Shown: one piece after another, positions 53,084 to 64,000 of the stretch
Numbering within the stretch: the stretch's first letter is position 1
How the letters are laid out: each line of letters starts with the position of its first letter
NCBI RefSeq assembly: GCF_009914755.1
Contig: NC_060946.1
Length of the DNA: 64,000 bases
From: the human T2T-CHM13v2.0 reference genome, Homo sapiens
Direction: 5' to 3' (one strand)
The notes under the pieces: generated by a model
What the model was told of the DNA's origin: nothing
Seen by the model: the letters and a program-made list of their open reading frames with translations, nothing else
Database searches by the model: none
Program-made: the position numbers and the translations under genes

Positions 53084-53821
53084 TAACCTTCTATTTAAAA
53101 AGGGCTCTGCTGCCATTCACAACTCAGGGAACATTCTTTGAAAGGCATGCCTTGGGGAAAAGCTGAGACGGGAACCCTTCAACGTGTTAATTCAGTCTGA
53201 GAGTGAGACCTTGGGGAAGGAAGCAGTGAGTCTCCCGTGGAGAAGCTGCTGTGTCTACATTCAGAGCTGAGCAGACAAGGCCAGCACTTTCCCCAGGATC
53301 CTCCCGTGCAGGCCCCCACAGCCCCCACCACCGGAACGTGTGCTGCAGCCTTTGGGGGTGCTCGGGTGACCACCCGGCTTCTGTGCCACAAATGCCCATG
53401 CCAGGAAAATTCGCTGAAACGTGAGACTTCACACTGACCACAGCAACTTTGTATCCAACAAGGTCTGTGACGATTCATTTACTCTTCTGCCAAAGATTTG
53501 CTGAGGACCAGGAATGGCAGGAACTCGAAGAGGCCCTGCGGGACACACACTCCCTGCTGGAATCATGGTAGGGGGATCGGGGGAGGGTGCCCAGTGCCCA
53601 CCACCAATCTAGAAGGCCCAGGAAGTGGGGATAGGAGAGCAGGTTCCATGAAGGTGTGGGGTCCAGGATGCAGGAGTGAGGTGTGGCCCACGGTGAGTCC
53701 CGAATGTCCTGTGGGGACCGATGGGAGCAGGGGCCTCGGCCAGATGAGATGACCTTCGGTCAGTTTGCCAGGGCAGCCTCAGTGGTCATCTATTGCCTTG
53801 TTCTCAGAAGTGGCCTAGTTT

Positions 53822-54107
53822 AGCTGGGTGCGGTGGCTCATGCCTGTAATCCCAGCACTTTGGGAGGCTGAGGTGGGCGGATCATCTGAGGTCAGGAGTT
53901 TGAGAGCAGCCTGGACAACATGGTGAAACCCCGTCTCTACTAAAAATATAAAAAAATTAGCCAGGTGCATGTAATCCCAGCTACTTAGAAGTCTGAGGCA
54001 GGAGAATCGCTCGAACCCAGGAGGCGGAGGTTGCAGTGAGCCGAGATCACACCACTGCCCTCCAGCCTGGGCAAGAGAGGAAAAAAAAAAAAAGAAGAAG
54101 AAGAAGA
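53822..54107 (+). mobile_element. AluS with A/(GAA)n tail
   Basis: TSD AGAAGTGGYCTAGTTT (53806-53821 and 54108-54123). Confidence 0.97.
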
Positions 54108-54890
54108 AGAAGTGGTCTAGTTTGGATAAGGAAGTATGCCATCGCCTTGGTCATAGGGAATGAGTGCTGGCAGTCTATAATTATCCAGATAATTCATTCT
54201 TCCAAAAGAATGAATTATTTACATACAAATAATAACAGAATTTAACAATTTAAAGCTGGATTTTTTTTTCACCTTAATAGTGGCCGGAGCCAAATTTTAA
54301 CAGTAGAATTCTAAGATGAAATAGGCTTTTTATTCAACCACTACCCCATGTTTTTTTACATTTCTAAGCCAGCTTTACTTAGGTGAGGTGGACATGCAAT
54401 AACATATATTTAAAGCATACACTTTCCTAAGCACTGACGTATATGCAGACCTGAGACACCATCCCCATAATCCAGAGAATGAATCTACCCATTGCCCCCA
54501 AAAGCTCCTGTGCTCCCTCCTCCCAGACTGCCTGCTCCTCCCACGTCCCAGCTGCTCTCCATCACTGCACGTTAGTGTACGTTTACCAGAATCTTATATA
54601 AATGGAATCGTGCAACATATCATCTCTTTTGTGGGGATGCTTCCACACGGCTTTGTTATCTTGGGATTCACCCATGTTGTTACATTATCAATGTAATGAT
54701 CAATTATCAAAAAATTATCAATGCTCCATTCATTCTCCTGCTGAATAGTCATCCGTTATGTGGATTGACTAAAGTTTATGTAGCCATTCATCTGTTGATG
54801 GCCTTTAGGTTGTTTGCAGTTTGAGCTACGACAATAAAACTATTATGTCTATTCATATTCAAGTCTTTTCATGGAGCTATGATGTCAGGC

Positions 54891-55195
54891 TTTTGTTTGT
54901 TTGTTTGTTTTTTGAGATAGAGTCTCACTCTGTTGTCTAGGATGGAGTGCAGTGGCACGATCTCAGCTCACTGCAAACTCCGCCTCCTGGATTCAAGTGA
55001 TTCTCCCTGCCTCAGCCTGCCTAGTAGCTAGGATTACAGATGCCCGCCACCATGCCTGGCTGATTTTTGTATTTTTAGTAGAGACAGGATTTCACTATGT
55101 TGACCAGGCTGGTCTCGAACTCATGACCTCAAGTGATCCACCCACCCCAGCCTCCCAAAGTGCTGGACTACAGGCATAAGCCACCGTTTCCGGCT
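54891..55195 (-). mobile_element. AluS with (TTTG)n tail
   Basis: Full dimer. GATGTC occurs on both flanks. Confidence 0.96.
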
Positions 55196-55776
55196 GATGT
55201 CGTTTCTTGTAAGTAATTCCCTAGGAACCGAGTATCTGGACCCTAGAGTAGGTATGCATTTAACTTGTAAGTAATGGCCAGTTGTCCAGTCGATGTACAT
55301 TTATCAATCTTATATCCTGCCACCCTTTGAAACTCACTTATCACTTTACTCATTCGTTCTAGAAGCTTTTTTGTACATTCTGTCAGATTTTCTACTTAGA
55401 TGATCATGTTGTCTGTGAATGAAGACAGTTTGCTTCCTTTTAACAAATCACATGCCTTTTGTTTCTTTTTCTTTTATTATTACGCTGGCTGAAATCTTTA
55501 ATACAAAGTTCAGTCAAAGTGGTGAGAACAGAAACCCTCTGTTTTTCCTCATCTTGGGGGAAAGGGACTCACTCCTTCACCTTGCGCCTTGGTGTTAGAT
55601 GTCGGCATTTCAAGGCAGGCCCATCGGGTTGAGCGTGTTCCTCTCGGCAGCTGCCTCACTGAGGCTTCGTATCAGAAAATGGTCTTGGGTTTCATCGAGT
55701 ATCTCTCTGCATCTGTTGAGATGATCCTACGGTTTTAATTTTTTGGTTTGGCAATGTGGTGAATTATATTGATTGA

Positions 55777-56029
55777 TTTTGAGATGCGATCTCAGCTCAC
55801 TGCAACCTCCGCCTCCTGGGTTCATACCATTCTCCTGCCTCAGCCTCCTGAGTAGAGTAGCTGGGACTACAGGCACCCGCCACCACGCCCGGCTAATGTT
55901 TTTGTATTTTTAGTAGAGACGGGGTTTCACCGTGTTAGCCAGGATGGTCTCGATCTCCTAACCTCGTGACCCGCCCACCTTGGCCTCCCAAAGTGCTGGG
56001 ATTACAGGTGTGAGCCACCACGCCTGGCC
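55777..56029 (-). mobile_element. AluY/Sc-type element lacking its tail and part of the right arm
   Basis: CACCGTGTTAGCCAGGATGGTCTCGATCTCC..CCTCGTGA diagnostics. Confidence 0.93.
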
Positions 56030-57289
56030 TTACTTCTTTTTTAAATGTTTGGAAGGATTGGAGAATTCACCAGCAAAGCCATTTGGGCCTTGGGTTTTCT
56101 TTGTGGGAAAGTTTAAAGTTTGGTTTTTGTTTTTGTTTTTGTTTTCCTTATCTGAAATGTCTTTACTAGCTATAGGGATATTCATATTACCTATGTCTTC
56201 TCGAGTGAGTTTTGGTATGTTGTGTTTGTGAAGAATTTTTCAATTTCCTCTGAGTTGTTGAATTTATTGCCATAAAGTTGTTCATGATATTGCCTCATTA
56301 TCCCTTTCATATTTGGAGCACCTGCAATGATTCCTCTTCCAACTCTCATAGCAGTAATTTATATCTTTTCTCTTTTTTTCCTGAGCTGTGTGGCTAGAGG
56401 CTTATCAATTGCATTTGCCTTCACAAAGAATGAACTTTTTGTTTCAGTTATTTTCTCAACTGTTTTTCTGTTTTCATCTATTTCAGTGATTTCCACTCTG
56501 ATCTTTATTGTTTTTTTTCCCCTCTTTACTTTTTCTAATTTTGGAAGGTGGAAATGAAGATCGTTGATTTGAGATTTTTTTTTCTAATATTGGCCTTTAG
56601 AGATATAAATTCTCCCCTAATTACCCTTTTGATAACATCTCATACATGATGATATATTTTAATGTTTGTATTTTAGTTCTTTTTTTTTGTATTTCATATT
56701 CAGTCCAAAATACTTCTTAAGATATCTTTTGATTTATTCTTTGATCCATGGGTCATTTAGAAATGTTACTTAGTTTCCAAACATTGGGAGATTGTCTAAA
56801 GATCATTCTGTTATTAATTTCTAATTTAACTCCATTGTGGTAAGAACACATACTTTATAAGACTTGAAATCCTTTTAAACTTATTGAGACTTGTTTTATA
56901 ACCAAAAATATGGTCTTCCTTGGTTAATATTCCATGTGGACTTAAAAGTCATGTGTATTCTGCTGTTATTTGGTGGAGCATTCCATAAATTTCCATTAGG
57001 TCAAGTTGGTTGATAGTGTTGCTTAAATTTTCTGTATCTTTACTGATTTTCTGTCGACTTTTTCTATATATTATTGAAACAGGCATATTTAAATCTCTAA
57101 TTACAACTGCGGATTTTTCTGTTCCTCCCAGCAGTTCTATCAGTCTTTGCTTCATGAATTTTGAAGCTCAGTTCTGTTGTTACGTGCATAAATGTTTAAA
57201 AGTGTTATGTCCTCTTGATGCAATAACCCTTTTCTCATTACAAAATGGCCTTTTAATATCCTTTACTGGGAGTCCAAAATTGTGCCTTT

Positions 57290-58500
57290 TCAGGATAATT
57301 TCAGTTGATTGATTTTTCTCCTCATTATGGATCCTGTTTTCCTGCATGCCTGGTAATTTTTTACTGGATGCCAGATATTGTAAATTGTACCTTGTTGGGT
57401 GATGGATATTTTCATGCTCCTAAATATATTGAGCTTTGGGCCGAGCACAGTGGCTCATGCCTGTAATCCCAGCACTTTGGGAGGCTGAGGTGGATGGATC
57501 ACCTGAGGTCAGGAGTTCAAGACCAGTCTGGCCACCATAGCCAAACCCCATCTCTACTAAAAATACAAAAAAAAAAATTAGCCAGGTGTGGTGGGCGCCT
57601 GTAATCCCAGCTATTTAGGAGGCTGAGGCATGAGAATCACTTGAACCCAGGAGGTGGAGGTTGCAGTGAGCCAAGATTGTGCCTTTGCACTCCAGCCTGG
57701 GCAACAGAGTGAGACTCTGTATATATAGATATATACACACACACCCATATATGTATGTATATATTTGAGCTTTGTTTTGGGATGTAGTTAAGTTACACAG
57801 AAACAGGTTCATCTTCTTGGAGCTTGCTTTTAGGATTTGTTCAGCAGAACCGAAGCAATGCTCAGTCTATTTCCATGACAGGGGCGGGCCCTTCTGTGCA
57901 CCCTGCTGGATGCCCACAAGTCCTAGTTTTGTTGGTTGGTTGGTCTGTCTGTGGGGAGCAGGCATCATTCATAGCTCGGTGTGAGCACAGACGTGTCCTG
58001 CCCAGCAGTTTTCTTCCTGGCTTCAGGCACTTTCCTCACGTGCCTATGCTGATAAACACTCAGGAATATTTGAGGGAGACCCTCTGCAGACCCGTGTCAT
58101 TCTTTCTCTCGGAAGGCCTCCCCTCCATCGCACCCCAAGCTTTGAACGCTGTCTGCTTTGATCTCCCTAAACTCTCAGTAATGTCTCCTCCACTCCGGAT
58201 GTCCACTGGCCCTGTCTGTGTACTGCCTCTAGGTAATAATCAGGACAGTCCCTGGGTTCACCTACCCTGCTTTCCCCTGCTCAGGAATCACTGTCTTTTG
58301 TTATCTTAATAACAGTCTTAGAATAACACATTGTTTCATATAGTTTGCCCATTTTGGGTTGGGTTTTATATATTTTACCCATTTGGGTTTGTTTCCTGTG
58401 GAGAGTATATCTGGGCTCTTTTACTCCATTTTTTATGAAAGCAGAAATCCTTCTCCAGACACCTTTAGTGGCTCTCCATGGCTTATCAGAGCTACTTTTT
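57290..58500 (-). mobile_element. Old L1M 5'-region fragment interrupted by an Alu
   Basis: TGCATGCCTGGTAATTTTTTACTGGATGCCAGATATTGT pattern. Subfamily unresolved. Confidence 0.6.
57439..57720 (+). mobile_element. AluS whose tail is replaced by an (AT)/(AC) microsatellite
   Basis: Full dimer. ATAT(T)TGAGCTTTG occurs on both flanks. Confidence 0.96.
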
Positions 58501-58529
58501 CTCCTTCCTTTTCTTCTCCTTCTTCTTCT

Positions 58530-58908
<379 letters not shown>

Positions 58909-59337
58909 TAGCATTAAGATAGAGTCCTGTTCTTATCTTCTTTGTGTGTAACTTATTTAACGGCTCTTCCCAATCCTGAGTGGTTCTTCCTCCTGGCTTC
59001 TGTCTGTTATTTTCACTGGGAGGCCGGCCTGTGCCTTGTCCAACCTTCTTGCCAGGGTGAGGTCACGTCCTGTCTCCTCCGCGTGTCTCCCAGTGCCAAT
59101 GCCCATCACACAGAGTCCTCCCCTGGCTCCCCAGCCTGAGCATGGCAGAGCACACCCAGGGCCCCTGAGCTGTGCCGTGTCCTATTGAGCTCCACTCTAC
59201 TGTGCTTTGCAGTTGTTGCCTATTTGACAAATTGAAGGTTGGTGGGAACCCTGTGTCGAGCAAGCCTATTGGTGCCAGTTTTCCACCAGCACGTACTCAC
59301 TTTGCATCTCTGTCCCATTCTGGTGATTATCCCAACA

Positions 59338-59611
59338 CAGGGTCTCACTCTGTTCCTCAGGCTGGAGTGTAGTGGGTGCAATCACGCTCGCTGCAGCCTC
59401 AGTCTCCCAGACCCAAGCGATCCTCCCACCTCAGCCTCCCAAGGAGCTAAGATTACAGGGGCCACCATCACACCCAGTTAATTTTTTAAAAAATTTGTAG
59501 AAATGAGATCTCTATTGCCTAGATTGGTCTCAAACTCTTGGGCTCAAGTGATCCTCCTGTCTTAGCCTCCCAAAGTGCTGGGATTACAGGAATGAACCAC
59601 CACATCTGGTC
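59338..59611 (-). mobile_element. AluJ (no tail) nested in Tigger1
   Basis: CAGGGTCTCACTCTG..TGGGCTCAAGTGATCCTCC. Confidence 0.93.
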
Positions 59612-60690
59612 TTATTATTACATTTTTTATCGCGGTCAGTGATCTTGGATATTATTAGTGTAACTGTTTTGGGACACCATGTACTATGACCACATAAGAC
59701 GGTGAACTTAATTGATAAATGTGTGTGTTTTGACTGCTCCACAGACCAGCCATTCCCACACCTCTCTCCCTGTCCTCTGCTCTTCCCTGAGATGCAGCAG
59801 TATTGATGTGAGGCCCATGAATAACCCCACCATGGCCTCTAAGTGTTCAAGTGAAAGGAAGAGTCGCACATCTCTCACTTTAAATCAAAAGCTAGAAATG
59901 ATTAAGCTGAGTGAGGAAGGAACGTTGAAAGCCAGGGTAGACCAAAAACTCTTATGCCAAACGGTTATCCACATTGTGAATGTGAAGGGAAACTTCTTGA
60001 AATACGCCTCCCTGAACTCACGAATGATAAGAAAGCAAAACAGCGTTATTGTTTGAGTGGTCTGGAGAGAAGATCAAACCAACCACAACATTCCCTGAAG
60101 CCAAAGCCTAATCCAGAGCAAGACTCTGATTCTCTTCAATTCCATGAAGGCTGAGAGAGGGAGAAAGCTGTCGAAGAAAAGTTGGAAGTGACCAGAGGTT
60201 TGTTTGTGAGGTTTAAGGAAAGAATCCATCTCCAGAGCATAAGTGCAAGGTGAAGCAGCAGGTGCTGATGGAGAAGCTGCAGCAAGTTCCCCAGAAGATC
60301 CAGCCAAGATCCTTGATGAAGGTGACTCCACTGAACAAAAGATTTTTATTGCAGGTGTAACAGCCTCCTACTGGAAGAAGAGGCCGCCTGAGACTTTCAC
60401 AGCAAGAGAGAAAAAGTCATGCCTCGCCTCAAAGCTTCAAAGGACAGGCTGGCTCTCTTGTTAGGGGCTAATGCAGCTGGTGATTTTAAGGTGAAGCCGA
60501 TGTTCACCTACCATTCTGAAAATCTTAGGTCCTAAGAATTATGCAGTAGCTGCTCTTCCTGTGCTCTATGGATGGAAGAACAAAGCCAGAATGGCAGCAT
60601 GTCTGTTTACAGCATGATTTATGGAATATTTTAAACCCACAGTTGAGATCTACTGCTCAGAAAAAGGTTTCTTTAAAACTGTACTGCTCA

Positions 60691-60950
<260 letters not shown>

Positions 60951-61712
60951 TCATGGACAATGCGCCTGGCCACCCAGGAGCTCTGATGGAGACGTACAAG
61001 GAGATGAATGTTTTCATGCCTGTTGACACAACATCCATTCTGCAGCCCATAGATGAAGGAGTAATTTTGACTTTCAAGCCCTATTATTTAAGAAATACAT
61101 GTTGTAAAGTTATAGGTGCCATAGAAAGTGATTCCTCTGATGGATCTGGGCAAAGTCCATTGAAAAACTTCTGCGTAGGGTTCACCATTCTAGATGCCAT
61201 TAAGAACATTTGTGATTCGGGGGCAGAAGTCAAAATATCAACATGAACATTAGTTTGGAAGAAGTTGATTCCAACCCTCAGGGATAGCTTTGAGGGGTTC
61301 AAGACTTCCGTGGAGGACGTCACTGCAGACATGGTGGAAACAGCAAGAGAACTAGAATTGGAAGTGGAGCCTGAAGAGGGACTGAATTGCTGCAGTCTCA
61401 GGATAATCCTTGAATGAATGAGAAGTTGTTTTTTATGGATGAGCAGAGAAAGTGGTCTCTTGAGTTGGAATCCACTCCTGGTGAAGACGATGTAAACATC
61501 GTTGAAATGACAGCAAAGGATTTAGAGTATTTCACAAACCCAGCTGACAACGCAGCTACAGAAATCGACAGGACTGACTTCAGTTTTGAAAGAAGTTCCA
61601 CTGCGGGTAAAAGGCTATCAAACAGCATTGCCCACCACAGAGAACTCTTTCATGAAAGGAACAATCCATCGATGCAGCAAACTTCATTGTTGTCTTATTT
61701 TAAGAAACTACT

Positions 61713-62068
61713 GGCCAGGCGCAGTGGCTCATGCCTGTAATCCCAGCACTTTGGGCATCTGAGGCGGGTGGATCACCTGAGGTCAGGAGTTCGAGACCAG
61801 CCTGACCAATATGATGAAACCCCGTTTCTACTAAAAATACAAAAATTAGCTGGGTGTGCTGGCATGCACCTGTAATCCCAGCTACTCAGGAGGCTGAGGC
61901 AGGAGAATCACTTGAACCTGGGAGGCCGAGGTTGCAAGGTTGCAGTGAGCCGAGATCGCACCATTGCACTCCAGCCTGGGCAACAAGAGCAAACCTTCAT
62001 CTCAGAAAAAAAAAAAAAAGAGGAAAGAAGAAAGAAAGAAAGAAGAAAGAAAGAAAGAAAGAAAGAGA
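61713..62068 (+). mobile_element. AluSp-like with a (GAAA)n tail
   Basis: CCTGACCAA and CCATTGCAC..CAACAAGAGC diagnostics. AAGAAACT on both flanks. Confidence 0.95.
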
Positions 62069-63921
62069 AAGAAACTGCCACAGCCACCCCAACTTTAGCA
62101 ACCACCACCCTGATCAGTCAGCAGCCATCAGCATCGAGGTAAGACCCTCCACCAGCAAAAAGATGACGAAGCACCAAAGGCTCAAATGATCATTAGCATA
62201 TTTTAGCAACAAAGTATTTTTAGTTAAGATATTTACATTATATTTTAACACAATGTTATTGCACAATTAATAGACTGCAGGATAGTGCAGACATAACTTT
62301 TATCCCTGCTGTGAAACCAAAAAGTTCTTGTGACTTGCTTTATGGCAATATTAGCTTAATAAACCAAACCTATAATATCTCTAGAACCAAAGCTGCAATA
62401 TCTCTAAGGTATGCCTATATTTAGTTGATTGAGTGTGTTTAAAAAAAAAAAAAAAGACATCAATACAGTAATGCATTCAACTAATCACTGGCTAATGCTT
62501 ACGGCTGCGGGCATAAGACGAGCTGGTGTGTGAGTGTGTGTGTGTGGTCCAGGGGGTGGTGGGGCAATGCCCATGAGGAATCTCTGCCTTTAAGGAACTC
62601 CTGGCCTGTCCTGAGAATTAAATACTCAACACACAGTAGTCAGTGTTAAGTGCAATGCAAATAACCCCAACAGTAATTTTCAAGCTAATCTGCCTGGAAG
62701 AAAAGCCATCAGTGTTCATGCTTTGAAATCTCTCATTTTCTTCTTTGGGGACATTCCAAGAGCATTGCAAAGTGCAGTGTTAAGATTTTGATCCATGTGT
62801 ATTTCTGAGGCAAATTTGCATCTGCCGTTGGCTGGGGCTTGGGCTGCCCGGGGGGGCACCTCTCTCTGACCCTTTTATTCATCATATAACTGCCCCACCA
62901 TTACTGCCCAGCCAGCCTTGGCTCGACAGAGACATTCCAGCAAGAGTAAGCGGCTTCTATGGCAAAACAAAGAATGTGTTGGGAGACTCCATCCCCGCTG
63001 GCTGGAAGCATCGCATTTTTTTCTTTCTTCAATTCTCCACTAAGGGCTAACTTTACAACTTTTATTATAATATGCTTTATGTACAACAGTGAAACTTTAC
63101 TGCAACATATGCCTATTTTATATATTCATGCATAAAGCATATTTTTAAAATCCTTCGTCAGAGGCTCATAATACAATATTAAACCCGCACCATATTTTCT
63201 CCATGCATTCATAAAAAAGCACTCAGTCCTTTGGAAAATGTTATTAAGAACTTTGACTCTGGGGTGTAGGATGTTTCAGCCTGTGTAAGTGTTTTGCTGG
63301 AACAGAAGCGGGAGGAGGGACTGCGCCTGCTGCGCCTAACGGGTAACAGGCCTCTGCAGACCTGGAGGAAGGAGAGAGGGTGCTGAAATCCGAGCAGAGC
63401 TGTCTGTGTGGGATATTTTTTTCCTCCACTGGGCAGCAGGAGCTGCAAGACATGGATTGAGGGAGTGCATCCTGCTTCTGTTTGGGAAATGAGATGTCAC
63501 ATCAGAAATTATATTCAGTTATTTATCATCAACAGGAGATTTCCAGCCGGACTGGAAGAAATTGAAACAATACCTCTAAGTAATTCCAGCCTTTTTTGGA
63601 TTAGTGTCTGGTCTCAGGAAAGCCCTATAAACTAGGTGATTCTGACTATTACACATTGTGATGTTTTTGTCCTGGGTCTAAACCCAGCAGATTAATTTTG
63701 AGATTGTATTTGAGATTTTGCATTCTATTTGTCACCGAGTGACCTGCACGACAAGAAATAAAACCTCCCTTTCCTCCCAGACCCATTGCCTTGTTCCCAA
63801 GACACCTGGAGCCGTACCCGGCGGGTGTGGCACCCAGGACACCTTTGTCTTCTAAGTGAGTACTTTCTTTAATTATCAGTCTTCTTACATGTTTTTTAAT
63901 TTTATTAAAAATGCATTAATT

Positions 63922-64000
63922 GGCCAGGTGCGGTGGTTCATGCCTGTAATCCCAACGTTTTGGGAGGCCGAGGTAGGTGGATCACTTGAGGTCAGAAGTT
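63922..64000 (+). mobile_element. Alu 5' end (continues beyond the window)
   Basis: GGCCAGGTGCGGTGGTTCATGCCTGTAATCCC.. Confidence 0.95.

Larger units (their letters stand above)
54350..57270 (-). mobile_element. L1MB/MC-like element (3'UTR plus ORF2 pieces), interrupted by two Alus
   Basis: Minus-strand peptide DLNMPVSII.RKSRQKISKDTENLSNTINQLDLMEIY matches the L1 endonuclease. 3'UTR hallmarks near 54370-54850. Confidence 0.9.

Overview
This window is primate (human-like) nuclear genomic DNA, not prokaryotic. Evidence: many Alu elements (J, S and Y types), old L1M fragments, L2/MIR relics, MaLR/ERVL/ERV1 solo LTRs, hAT MITEs and a near full-length decayed Tigger1. GC-rich, VNTR-rich blocks (about 1.6-29 kb and 40-54 kb) alternate with AT-rich L1-dominated blocks (about 29-40 kb and 54-62 kb). 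I cannot support any intact protein-coding gene, RNA gene or CRISPR array. The ORF track is explained by GC-richness, tandem repeats and transposon decay, so the window looks intergenic or deep intronic. I did not find a new biological system that I can defend. The best leads are: (i) a 68-bp, 65/68-identical inverted duplication abutting a truncated L1; (ii) a 70-bp dispersed copy of one L1's 5' region sitting inside another L1 8.3 kb away; (iii) a possible very decayed C2H2 zinc-finger relic; (iv) transposon-derived minisatellites that multiply transcription-factor motifs (TCAAGGTCA x4, TGTTTAC x12); (v) several non-repetitive homeodomain-motif islands that resemble developmental enhancers, plus one strong CTCF motif. 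Repeat family names come from remembered consensus sequences, not from a search. Boundaries without target-site duplications (TSDs) are approximate.
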